The notes beneath the pieces were generated by a model. It searched no databases. It worked only from the letters and a program-made list of their open reading frames with translations, and had not been told where the DNA came from. The position numbers and the translations under genes were made by a program. Shown piece after piece: positions 10,728 through 22,069 of a stretch of DNA of 64,000 nt. Position 1 is the stretch's first letter. Each line of letters opens with the position of its first letter. The DNA comes from Zancudomyces culisetae HAW-14-8 (Eukaryota > Fungi > Kickxellomycota), in the NCBI GenBank assembly GCA_052426225.1, contig JBNJNM010000011.1, positions 2,046,001 to 2,110,000 of the forward strand, written 5' to 3'.

Positions 10728-12797
10728 TCAATATTTACTAGAAATGTTTTCAAAAAGCTTTTGAATATCAATGTTTCTACGCCGAGTCTGCGGAAAGTTC
10801 GGCTTGGTCGACATTATCGAACCAAGCCCAAAGCCGTACGTTTTGATAAACTCGTCCGCCCTAGCCTTAGCTCGACTCTCGCTGTGCTGGTCCGCCATCC
10901 CATACCCGTCAAGCAGTTGACCCGCCTGTCGATCATCTGCTGCTGATGACGTCATTGGTGTTGTCGGTGATGGGTTGTTCCCTCCCTTACGGCTACTCGA
11001 CACGTTCCGGATTTTTAACTTGAGTTTCTGCGGCCGTGACCCACCCGCAAGCCGGGAGCTGCTTGCATTGCTAAAGCTCTTTTCGGATGAAAATGTGTCA
11101 AAATCATACGACGACCTACCACCCCCGCCAAAATGATGCGCTTGTGATTGTGATTGTGATTGGTATTGGTATTTTCCACTGCCATGTCGACTGACTGGCA
11201 AAAAGTCGTACGTATTGTTTATAATCATCGACTCGATTTCCAGCCATTTTTGATATGCTCCATTACAATCCACTCCTCCTGCGTAATCATACTTTTGTAA
11301 CATGTCAGTTAGTGGAATGTTTGTCAAATCATCCTCCAAACTATCTCTTCCTCCTGCTTCATTCACTTCCTCACCTTCCCGTTGCAGTTTGTCTTGATCT
11401 TTTCCTTTTTCTTTTTCTTTTCCTTTGCCCTTTGATTTTCCTTTGTTCTTATAATCAACCTGGTTAAACCCATCCTCCTGTGCTGTGTTGTTTTTGTATT
11501 CTGCCCACCCATTCATCAACAATTCTACAAAATCACTCTGTTTGTGCTGGCTAAACCTGCTACCCAAAAACATCGATTCTGGCGGCAAGATGTTTTCCTC
11601 CCCTAATCCTTGCGAAACTAAATACATTTTTACACTCTCGTTTATGTTTTGTGAAATATCTAGCTTTATCTCGCCTCCACTACTCTCCGCCAAGTGACTT
11701 TTTACCGGTTTAAAGTTTTCCTTGCTTACAAAATCTGCCAGTTTGTTTATTATGTTGTTGGATACCTTGTTTACAAATCGAGTCCAATAAATGTCACTGG
11801 TACTCAACTCATCCAGCGGTATCGTTGTACCTTTTCCGCTGTTTATACTTTCGATACCACCGTTTTCCTTTTCTCCTTGTTTTTCTGTTCCTTCAATCTG
11901 TTCAAATTTTCGTTTACCTCCGTTTCTTTTATTTTTATCGCCCCAAGGCTCAAATTCCAAATCAGATATCAAAAGTCCAGAACTATCAAAATCTTCCGAT
12001 GCAACAAGAAATGGCTCCAGCTGCTTGTCTGCCACTTTAATTGTCGTCACCATACGCTCTACTCTTGCAATCGGCGCTGTTGCATCTGTGCTGACCACCG
12101 CACTTTCTGGTTGCTCTTTACCCTGGCTCTCCAGATATCTATTCTTTGCTTCGTACAACTTTTTCACCCAGTCGTCTTGTGTGTTTGTACCATACAAGTC
12201 TCGATAAATATTGGTACTTGATTCCGATTCTTGCTGCTCTAGTTCTGGCACCTTTGAATCAACCCCACCATCTAAATCGCCATCATTCATATGTTCACTA
12301 CTATCATAGCCATACGAAGAATGCTCTTCTTGTTGCTTATCTAGTTCCTCAACTGTCTCAGTTGTCTCTTCTCCGGATATTTCTTCTTTATTTTCGCTCT
12401 CGATTTTCGCCTCAATCAAAGGCTGACTTTCTTTGAATTCGTCCTCAAATTGCATAAACCAAGTCTGCAACCTCTCCAAATCAATCAACCCATAATCCGC
12501 CAACCCTTGTACATCCAAAATCCCCGGTTGTGTTCGATTCCCGTGCAGAGAATGGGCAACAAGTGCCTGACAGATTGTGTATAAATAGGTAGAAACCACT
12601 GCAGCAAACACCTCTAGTGCGCTTTTTTGGATTCGCTCGTATTTTGTCGTTTCTAGTATCATTTGGCTAATGTACTTTTTTAGCACAATATACGCCAATT
12701 CCCTATCCAAATCAACTTTTGGTTTTGTCTGATCTGCCTTGTTTTCCATTCTTATTTTGCCGGTTGTTTCGAGCATTATTGATTTTCCCTTACACAA
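10728..12797 (-). CDS. Bromodomain-associated (BTP) histone-fold protein, TAF8/TAF3/Spt7-like
   Basis: 689-aa ORF. N-terminal ISQMILETTKYERIQKSALEVFAAVVSTYLYTICQ...HGNRTQPGILDV resembles the Bromo_TP histone fold; the rest is largely low complexity. The true start may be a downstream Met. Confidence 0.6.
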   Translation of the reverse strand: MCKGKSIMLETTGKIRMENKADQTKPKVDLDRELAYIVLKKYISQMILETTKYERIQKSALEVFAAVVSTYLYTICQALVAHSLHGNRTQPGILDVQGLADYGLIDLERLQTWFMQFEDEFKESQPLIEAKIESENKEEISGEETTETVEELDKQQEEHSSYGYDSSEHMNDGDLDGGVDSKVPELEQQESESSTNIYRDLYGTNTQDDWVKKLYEAKNRYLESQGKEQPESAVVSTDATAPIARVERMVTTIKVADKQLEPFLVASEDFDSSGLLISDLEFEPWGDKNKRNGGKRKFEQIEGTEKQGEKENGGIESINSGKGTTIPLDELSTSDIYWTRFVNKVSNNIINKLADFVSKENFKPVKSHLAESSGGEIKLDISQNINESVKMYLVSQGLGEENILPPESMFLGSRFSQHKQSDFVELLMNGWAEYKNNTAQEDGFNQVDYKNKGKSKGKGKEKEKGKDQDKLQREGEEVNEAGGRDSLEDDLTNIPLTDMLQKYDYAGGVDCNGAYQKWLEIESMIINNTYDFLPVSRHGSGKYQYQSQSQSQAHHFGGGGRSSYDFDTFSSEKSFSNASSSRLAGGSRPQKLKLKIRNVSSSRKGGNNPSPTTPMTSSAADDRQAGQLLDGYGMADQHSESRAKARADEFIKTYGFGLGSIMSTKPNFPQTRRRNIDIQKLFENISSKY

Positions 12798-13336
12798 GTA
12801 TATCTTGTCGTTATACCGTCTCGTTATTCTCGATTAGATCGGTGTTTTTTATTCTTTATTTTCGCTCATCTGTTTACAATGTCGTCTTTGAAAAACAAAA
12901 ACAATAACAAAAACAAAAAAAACGTAGAATTATCCAAGTTTTTTACTCTACTACTATTATTACAATTGTTTGTTTTTTTTTTGGTTGCCTTATTACACGT
13001 TGTCTGTCCAAGACAATACAAGATGTATCGAACAAAGCACAGTGTATTCTTGGTATGTCTTATCCTTGTTCTCGTTGAAATTTGTGTAATTTTACAAGTT
13101 TGTTGATCTTGAATATATGCTACAGTTCCTTTTCCCCAGTCCAACTTGATAAAATTAAAATAAATATATACAAAGCAAGAACAATAAATATCAACAATAA
13201 ACCATTTCGTATTTTTTTTTTACCATGAAATTTGAATTATATTTAATATTTACCCAATTGTAAAGTGTGTAAAAAAAAATCGCCAAAATCGCCAAAATAA
13301 ACAAAAATCGCTAAAATAAACCAAAATTACGAAAAA

Positions 13337-14601
13337 TCACTTCTTTTCGCTTTTCTTGCCATCTTTCATATCCTCAAGCGCCTTTTGAAGCGATGGATCC
13401 GATGTATCAACCCCAGGAAGTGACTCTAGCAGTGAAGACACCAGCTCTGAATCATCTCCGGCCGTGGCCTGCTCCTGTGGTTGCTCGTTTTCCTGCAAAC
13501 TCAACTGAATAGCTCGTCGAATCTGCTCCTCTTCGTCCAGCATATCCATGTCTTCGATTTCGCCTGCTTCATGGCTATCTGGCTCAGCCATGGTAACTTC
13601 GGCTGCTTCACCTGCCTTTGGAGCCTGGCTGGTTCCTGTATCCTTGGATGCAACTGCTCTCTGCCTGGCCATTTCTTCCTCCAGTGACATTTTCAGTGCC
13701 TATTTTTTTAATTTTATTTTGGTAATTTAAAACTCGTTTAGTATTATCCAAATCAATGAGGTATCGAGATGAAATATAATCAAGGAAATGACATACCAAA
13801 GCCAATTCTGGATCCATATCTCCGTCCATACCAAACTCATCACCAAGACCTCCCATTCCCCCAAACATTGGTGACTGTCTAATTTGATCGCTCAGCAACT
13901 GTGGTCCTGGTGGAAGTGTCAACAATGTCGAAGAACCACCCGCATCGACGGTATTGACAAACTCTTGTAACTTTTCCTCGTTTTTCGCATATTCTCCAAA
14001 GTTAATCACATCCACTGAAACATTGTTTTTCTTTAGCTTTTTAGCCAGCTTGATGAGATCTTTTGTTTGTGAACCAATTGGGCTTGCCGCAAATATTACG
14101 ATTCGTTGACGCTGATTCTTGTTTGCCCGATGTTTTAGCACCAATTGTGCCACTTGAATAGATGCTTCAAAGTGTTCATCCCCACCTACTTTTAGCCGAT
14201 GCAATCCTTTTAACAGTCCTCCTGTATCGTTGGTTAATGTTACCAGCACCTCTGGGCTATTTCGTATTATGGAGATATATTCAGTATAGAGCAGTTCCAA
14301 ATTTATATAAATCACAAACTTACTTTTCTCCTCCATGTGCCATTACTCCGACAGTACTCTCTGGATTATCTTGGGTCTTTGCATTAAACAGAAAATGTAC
14401 TGCATCTATTTGGGCCTGAAATCTTGTGGGGCTATAATCCCCATTTCTTGAATATTCAGAATTATCGATTCTATTTATTCACATGAATGAGCTGTTAAAA
14501 AAGGGGTCATATTTAGCTCCTTACCGATCTGAATGTTTAAAATAAAACACAATAAAATAAAAGAATAGTCGTTACATTAAAACCGTTGCTTCTAGTACCA
14601 T
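13337..14601 (-). CDS. RPN10: 26S proteasome ubiquitin receptor Rpn10 (VWA + UIMs), 4 exons
   Basis: MVLEATVL-IIDNSEYSRNGDY...LKHRANKNQRQRIVIF...LAKKLKKNNVSVDVINFGE...DPELAL-ALKMSLEEE; second UIM EEEQIRRAIQLSLQE. Confidence 0.95.
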
Positions 14602-15077
14602 TTTCGAGTTTGGATAGTAGTCGTTAGCTTCACTGTTTCAAAGATTGTTGTTCGAATTTTGTATCGTAGTTTTTTTTTATTTTCTCTTGTACAAGAGTTC
14701 AAATTCTCTATTCCGACTTGTTTGCTAATTTTTATATTTCCAGCTCCTAACTATATAAACAAGACAATATCCAAGTAACTAATAAAAGCTAAGTAAAAAT
14801 AAAAATAATAATTATAGTTAATATTAATTAAGCTCTGTAAACAAAAAAATTCATTAGAATTTTCCATTACGTATTTACAGTTTTTTTTTTCCAGACTCTT
14901 AATTTTAATTATTTTACCCGTTTGCTGTATTTAAATTAATTATAGTGCTAAGTATGTAATCAAATATAAAAAACATAAAAAAATAAAATAAAATAATCAA
15001 GCTGGTGCATAAATTACTAAAAACGCAACTGTAGAAACAATATAAATTAACAATATAAACACTAGATATTGGTAGAA

Positions 15078-16572
15078 ATGGAAAAAGAAAAGAACAAAAA
15101 ACAGGCAGATCTAATAGATGATGACGTGAACGACCAGGTTGCATACACTTGGGAAGAGGAATATAAGCGATCTTGGGATGCGCTGCAAGAAGACGAGAAT
15201 GGAAGCTTGCAGAGTGCTGTGGCATCTTTTCATAATCGTATGAAACGAAAAAGGTACAACGATATATATATTATCTTTTTGAAATTGAATTTCCAAATAG
15301 TAGCGGCAGTGATGCAACAGTAATATAAAAACATGGAAACATGGAAATATGAAATAGGGATCGAGGAGAAACTGTTCCTATACAGCGAGGATTGATCAGG
15401 TATACGTATATAGTTGTGGATTGTTCGATAAATACTACAGAGAAGGATTTGAGGCCTAGCAGGCTAGAGCTGATATTTCAGACACTTGAAGCGTTTATAA
15501 TGGAATATTTTGATCAGAATCCACTGAGTCAAATAGGAATCATAATAACTCGGGACGGACTAGCCGAAAAAATATCAGAATTAGGAAGTAAAGTATTCAT
15601 TGCTTGATTTAAAAGTATAATTTTTTTTTACAACTCTTTGTGGTAGTTGCAAACTAAAAACTAGCGGAAAAAAAAAACACGATGGAATAACCTTTCTCTT
15701 CTCTCCTTCTCCTCCTCTTCCAATAAATAGGCAATCCACTGGATCATATACGAGCAATCAAAAACAAGAAGAACCGCGATTCAAGCGGTACAATTTCACT
15801 GCAAAACGCACTGCAGCTGGCCACATCGTCACTAACACGTACGCCAATCCACGGGTCACGCGAGATACTGTGTCTGTTGGGTTCGTTGACGAGCACGGAT
15901 CCTGGGGATATTGAGCAGACGATTGAACAGCTGGTGCAAAAGACAGTCCGTGTGAGTATTATTGAGCTTGTTGCAGAGGTATTTATGTTTAAGAAGATAT
16001 GTGAGCTGACCAACGGGACGTTTTCGGTTGCTATTAATGAGGGACATTTTAGAGATTTGGTGTTTGGATGCATTCCACCGCCACCAACCAGTGCATCGTC
16101 CAACAATTCGGGATTTGCGGAAGGTAATGAGTTGGTTGTTATGGGATTTGCCACTCGAATCAATGATGAGTGTCCCACTTTTTGTTTGTGTCATCATAAA
16201 CTGTCTGTTTCTGGGTATCAATGTCCTCGGTGTAAATGTAAAGTCTGTTCACTTCCAACCATATGCGGAGTCTGTGGATTGTCATTAATTGCCAGTCCAC
16301 ATTTATCTCGGTCATATCACCACCTGTTTCCCATCAAACCCTTTGTTGTGGCAAAACCAAATAGTTCCAATAATAAAGAGGATGATGATGGTGGTGATGA
16401 TGATGAGCAGAAACTGGATGATGGAGATAATAACAAGCCGTGTTTTGGCTGTAGCATGGATTTGGTGCTGGGACAAGAGGTATACAAGTGTTCGGACTGC
16501 CACAATGTGTATTGTTTAGAATGTGATATTTTTGTGCATGATGTGTTGCATAATTGTCCAGGATGTGTGTAG
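15078..16572 (+). CDS. SSL1: TFIIH subunit Ssl1/p44 (GTF2H2); approximate exons 15078-15252, 15358-15587, 15731-16572
   Basis: YTWEEEYKRSWDALQED, RGLIRY, DLRPSR, EYFDQNPLSQIGII, SLQNAL, GSLTSTDPGDI, CPRCKCKVCSLPTICGVC, SPHLSRSYHHLFP, C-terminal CLECDIFVHDVLHNCPGC. Confidence 0.95.
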
Positions 16573-17366
16573 TATTATAGAATTATTTTGATCTCATTTT
16601 TTCTGGGGGGGGGTATTTTGTTATTTTTTTTTGGGTATTATTTAAAACTGGCGGAAAATTGAGATTGACATACAGTAAAATATTAAAAATAAAAACAGAT
16701 AAAAATTTTTTTTTTGGAAAATTGGTAATAGATTTGCGGGTACCAAAAACAATCAATAAATCACAATCAACCAATAAAAAGTGAGTACAAGAAACTTTGA
16801 AAAAAGAGGAATCGAATAGTATTTTTTTGGGGGTTTGGGGGAGGGGGGAGGGGAGGGGAGTGGGAGATAAAAGAACGGAGAAACAAATACCAAGTATAGA
16901 TTGTAGTGAAGACTAATTTTGGAAAAAAAAAATAAAAAAAATAAAATATATATATACATGTAGATAATTGTAAAAGTAGAAATAAATGTAGTTGATTTCT
17001 GATTATTTCCGATACAGAGTTGTTTTATAATTTGTATTTTTTTTTGTATTTTTTTTTTTGTTCACAGTTAAGATCATGGTTCTGAAAGGAATCTGGATAA
17101 AATGTGAAAAAAGAAACAGAACATTGAACAAGAAATTGCTAGATTATTATTGACATTACAAGAACGGAGAACACAAGAATTAGTAAATATATTTAGTTCA
17201 ATAATTGGATATCCAGAGCAATTATCAGCGGGTTAATAATTAGTACTCGGCACATAATATATATATATATGTATATACAAAGAGAAAAAGTAAAATAATG
17301 GATAGAATCAATACCGACTTTGGATAATAATAAAAAACAAGTGAAAGAAAAAAGGGAAAAAATAAA

Positions 17367-19592
17367 ATGAACACAAGTAGAATGCTTGGACTTTGCTTAA
17401 AAATCAAAATACGAGTTGTGGTTCGATATGGAAATAGGGTAGGGGTAGGGGTAGGGCTTGGGTTTGGGCTTGGAGGTAGCAAAGTAGCTGGTGGTCATAG
17501 AAATTTTACACAAACAACAAATCGAAGTATAGAAACAGCACAGTGGTTTGGAACAAAACAACAGCTGGGGTCGGAGATTAATAGAATCTTGGCGCCAACA
17601 AAAGCGCACCTGAAAATCCAAAGACCAGGAAAAACAGATGAATACCGACTCGGAACAGTAGTGAATAGCAAGGCCACAGCCAGAAAGTTCATGAGACGGG
17701 GAATAAAGTTAAATAAAAGCAACAACAACAACAACAGTAACTACCACAAATATCAATACTCTACACGGGCAAAAGAGCTCAAAAAACGGATATTAAAAGA
17801 AACAGAAAAACTAAAGCACGAATTCACAAAGAAAAAAACACAAGCACAAAAGAAACAAGAACTACAGCGGGCAAGCAGCAAAGGGCGACGGGCGCTGGTG
17901 CATCTGCACTACGTACTACGGGGCAGCAATGGGTCGGGCAAGCCGTGGACGCTGGACGATGTGTTTGCAATTGGGTGGTGGGTGGTGTTGAGCAACGCAG
18001 TGTGGATTCTGGTAGGAACAACAACGTTTGTGTCGGTAGTACTGTTTATTCTAAACCAGCTACAGTTTGAAGGAGCAATTGCTGATGTGGTGAGTCGGCA
18101 ACTGACAAAGTATATGGGAATCAGCATCAGCATAGAAAGTGCAATTGTGCCGAAATGGAGCAAAGGTTGCATTCGCCTCAACAACATTTCTGTTGAATGT
18201 GGACCTCAACATGCCACCAACTCTAATTCCAACTCCAACTCTAATTCCAACTCTAATTCCAACTCTAATTCCAACGCTGACTTTGCCTATTATTCTGGCA
18301 AGATTGAACGCGCTGAAGTCGAGCTGTCTCTTGTGCGTTGGCTGGACGGCAAAGGTATTGTCAAAAGCTGTGTATTTCGCGGCGTAACTGGTGTCATTGA
18401 TGTCAGACACTTGCCTTACGATGTTCCCGACTACAACCCTGCTGCCGAGCGCGCGTCTCATCGTCCAGGTTGGTTTGACTTTGAGAATTTCCACATCGAA
18501 GATTTGTCGGGTTCGATTCTGTACCCTGACTTTCGCCCCATTCCCTTTGCCATCCACTCTGCATCTATGCCTCGTCTACGCCAACGCTGGCTGTTCTACG
18601 ATCTTTTGTCTGCCTATTCTGCTGTTGGAACTTATGACAACTGCTTGTTTAGCGTCAAACAACTGCGCTCTCCTTCTCCTTCCTCTTCTTCTTCTCCTTC
18701 CTCTCCTACTCTTTCTTCTCCCTCCACTTTGCCCTTTGCCGACCACTCAACCACTGAGCTGCTGCTACACAACCTCGACATTTCTCTATTCAACGCTGGT
18801 ATGGACGGTCCTTTATCTTGGCTGACTGCCGGCAAAGTCGATCTCGATGCCACTGTCTTCATCCCCAAAATCTCTACTGACTCTCTTGTCCCTCCCGACC
18901 TGTTGCGAAAACTGCTTACTGAGCTCGTTCCTGCCATCGACGTTGTAATTCTCCCCTCCTCTCCCCAACACGACCTGCGCAGCTCCTCTGAAAATGCTCC
19001 TCGCCTCTCTCTTCGTCGTCTGCTCGACAACCTCGGCATTCTCGACTCTCAACCTGTCCAGAAACTCGCTGCCTACCTCGATTCTCTTTATTCTTCCGAA
19101 TCTCAGCGCAGAATTGCTCTCCAAGACTTGCGCACCAGTGCTTGGGACCACAAACACGACTCAAACTTTGTTCTCATGGACTTTACTCTGTCACTTAACT
19201 CTATCAAGGCCTCTTTCCCCCGCTCCTCCTCCTCCTCTTCTTCTTCCTCTTCTTCTTCATCTTCTTCTCTTCCTGTTCCTTCTCTCCTGGTCCACCCCAT
19301 TGTTGCCTACATGAACGCCCACACTGTCTCTCTCCCCATGAAGTGTCGCCTTAAACTCTCTCTTGCTGACTTTGATGGCGCTTGGAACATCTACGACTCG
19401 GGTCTTTCCGATCTTGTCTCTTCTGGAATCGGCCTTGCCTTTGCCAATCGCGTTCTTGACCACCGTCAACGAAACAAACGTCTTAGAGCTGTTGGCGTCT
19501 GGTCTCTCACCTCTTTAGCAAAAAAACTTGCCAACCTTGTTAATTCGCTACTACATCCCTCCTCCTCTCCCTCCCCTTCTTCAGTTTATTAG
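17367..19592 (+). CDS. MDM31: Mitochondrial inner-membrane distribution and morphology protein Mdm31/Mdm32 family
   Basis: PWTLDDVFA..WVVLSNAVWILVGTTTFVS, SAIVPKW, LSLVRWLDGKGIVK, LRQRWLFYDLLSA, GPLSWLTAGKVD, PIVAYMN, DFDGAWNIYDSGL, VGVWSL. Confidence 0.9.
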   Translation: MNTSRMLGLCLKIKIRVVVRYGNRVGVGVGLGFGLGGSKVAGGHRNFTQTTNRSIETAQWFGTKQQLGSEINRILAPTKAHLKIQRPGKTDEYRLGTVVNSKATARKFMRRGIKLNKSNNNNNSNYHKYQYSTRAKELKKRILKETEKLKHEFTKKKTQAQKKQELQRASSKGRRALVHLHYVLRGSNGSGKPWTLDDVFAIGWWVVLSNAVWILVGTTTFVSVVLFILNQLQFEGAIADVVSRQLTKYMGISISIESAIVPKWSKGCIRLNNISVECGPQHATNSNSNSNSNSNSNSNSNSNADFAYYSGKIERAEVELSLVRWLDGKGIVKSCVFRGVTGVIDVRHLPYDVPDYNPAAERASHRPGWFDFENFHIEDLSGSILYPDFRPIPFAIHSASMPRLRQRWLFYDLLSAYSAVGTYDNCLFSVKQLRSPSPSSSSSPSSPTLSSPSTLPFADHSTTELLLHNLDISLFNAGMDGPLSWLTAGKVDLDATVFIPKISTDSLVPPDLLRKLLTELVPAIDVVILPSSPQHDLRSSSENAPRLSLRRLLDNLGILDSQPVQKLAAYLDSLYSSESQRRIALQDLRTSAWDHKHDSNFVLMDFTLSLNSIKASFPRSSSSSSSSSSSSSSSLPVPSLLVHPIVAYMNAHTVSLPMKCRLKLSLADFDGAWNIYDSGLSDLVSSGIGLAFANRVLDHRQRNKRLRAVGVWSLTSLAKKLANLVNSLLHPSSSPSPSSVY
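18219..18274 (+). repeat. Coding tandem repeat AACTCTAATTCC encoding an (NS)n run in MDM31
   Basis: aactctaattcc repeated about 4.5 times. Confidence 0.85.
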
Positions 19593-20607
19593 ATATTCCC
19601 CTAGTTTCTTTTTTAATACTTTTGCCTATTTTATCATATTATATTCCATCCCATTACATTATATTACATTATATTTTCATTATTCACTCTTGTATTTCTT
19701 CATTCCTCAATATTATATTCTCCCTTATCCTTATCCCCCTCTCCCTTACCTTTGCTCTTATCAACCCCAATTGTGCCGTTTCTTTTCCTGACATCAAAAT
19801 CCGATATTGCCCCACCGGAATAATCACCACCTTTCTTTTTTTATCCTCCAATATAAACATCTCTAAATCCTCCTCCAATCTGTTATTCCCTTGCATTATT
19901 TCCTCATTTTCCATCTGCTTCACCACCATTTTCCCCACTCGCTCATATTGTGCACACACTGAAGCCAGTATCGCAAGATACCCCCTTACACTGTTTTTTT
20001 TCTTTGCCTCTTGATCATCCTGCCATTGTTCCTGTGATTGTAACTCTCCCATAACTTCTAGTCCCATACTTGACCCTCCCATATCCTTATCGCCCTCTAC
20101 ATATCCCCAGCATTATTTTTTTGTTATTATCTATCATTCCTTTCTTTTTTTCTCTCGTGTATTTCAACTTTATCTCTTTAATTATTTATCTTTACCTCCA
20201 TATCTGGTATAACCATCCCTAAAATCCCCAACTGGCTCCTCATGTCCTTTTTCCACAACACCATCTATACTTTCTCCCATCTCCCCCCCTTCTTCACCCT
20301 CTCCCTCTCTCTCACCCTCTCTCTCGTCTTCGTCTTCCTCTTTATCTTCGATTGAAAACTCCGCTGTGTGTGCTTCTGCCAACAACACACCATTCTCCAT
20401 CATTAACCTACCATTTCATTTATCACTCTTTTTAACTTTTGGTTTTTTCTTTTGAATTTCTATCTGTTTTTTTTTTTCGGACAATCAAAATGAAAATGAA
20501 CAAGTAAATAGTAGAATAGTAAACATTTAGTCTTACGCGCACAGCTGTAGTTCTTCATTTAACACCTGCTCCAACACCTTCTTGATCACCTTTGCTTGCA
20601 TAATCAT
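19581..20607 (-). CDS. LAMTOR2: Ragulator subunit LAMTOR2-like Roadblock/LC7 protein with an acidic insertion; exons 20607-20537, 20407-20196, 20096-19750, 19625-19581
   Basis: MIMQAKVIKKVLEQVLNEELQLCALMMENGVLLAEA...LAILASVCAQYER...DLEMFILEDKKRKVVIIPVGQYRILMSGKETAQLGLIRAK|AKVLKKKLGEYLIN parallels the LAMTOR2 pattern; all introns are GT-AG and preserve frame. Confidence 0.78.
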
Positions 20608-22069
20608 CGTTACTATTCTTTTCTTTTCTACTTTGCGTTCTTTTTCTCCTTTTTTTTCTTTCTTACCCTTTTATCCAAACTATTAATTGTTTTTTTTTTC
20701 TTGCTGTTTTGGCTTTAATACTATATTCACTTTTTTTTTTTTTTGGACCAGAAATAAATGTTTTGATTTTTACCTATTGGTATTTTGGTTTGGGAAAGAT
20801 TATTGATGGTTTTTTATTCCATCAATGCTTTTCAATACATGTATTTTTTCTTTTGTACCTTGTCTTTTGTAGTTTGTCTGAAACTTTCCATCAAATAGTG
20901 CACCAAACTATTCAAGTTATTCAAACTATAGCAATGCTACAAAGTCATATCCATATAAACTAATGGATATACATACCACGAAATCATTTATACGAATTGA
21001 TCGGAATAGATATAATCACCCAATTCTTTCTTTCCTTTATTTTTTATAGTTCTTTTCAATTTTTCAATATTTTGCAAGTATGAGCTCTTTAGGTACAAAA
21101 ACTAAATACTCGGTCCATATTTTTTGATGGTCAGTTACACATCCTATACTTTCTTTTCATATGTCAATTGTTATTATACTCTCATTTTATTTTATTTTAT
21201 TTTATTTTTAACATGCTGATATTGGTCATTTATTTGCTAGTATCCAAAGTGAAATCAATATCAATATCGGAATTATTCCACTTTGTATCCTGGAATTTCT
21301 AGAACACTGAAAGGAGAAGAGGGGGGAAAGAGGGTGGGGGTTGGATGAAAAAAGGAGACAGAAATGAGGAGGTAGCTATTTCTTTTTTTAGTTAGATTCT
21401 AGATTTCCTTCCTTTTCTAATACTGTTAACTTTATGATATGTGATAGAAGCTACAAGTTGTTGATTAATGAGGGGTACAAATCACCATTATTTTCTGCTA
21501 TTATTATCATTATTATTACCTTTGTCATTTAATTATTAAAAATAGTTCCTCCAGAACAATCCGTCCATGGATGGGTAGATTATTCTCGACCCTATCCAAG
21601 TACATTTGCCAGAAATAGCAAAAACAATAACAATAATAACAACTAAAACGGATTAAGAAACCTCTTTCGAATACCCTGCAAGCCTCAGCTGTATTTAATA
21701 TCAATTTTCCTGCATCTAGCTTTACTAATACTATTGAAAATCACAACAAGGCGACTGAAATATTTACTCCGTACAGCCAAATCTAAAGTATGAATTAACC
21801 TTGACTTTTATACTCCAATACACAAGCCCTACCCAAAATCACTCTATAATCGTTATTATCGACTTACTACGGAGATTTATAGATATCCTTAAAACTTTTG
21901 TTTTTCATCCATCTTTCTCTTTAATGCTTATAGAATTATCCAGTAGAGTTTATAACTTGTTGAATCATTGTAACATTTAATACCTAAACAGCGCTTATAC
22001 AACTACACTTGTAAATATATCTATTTGTTAAAATATACTATTCGTATATAACTCAAAGATAGTACAAGC

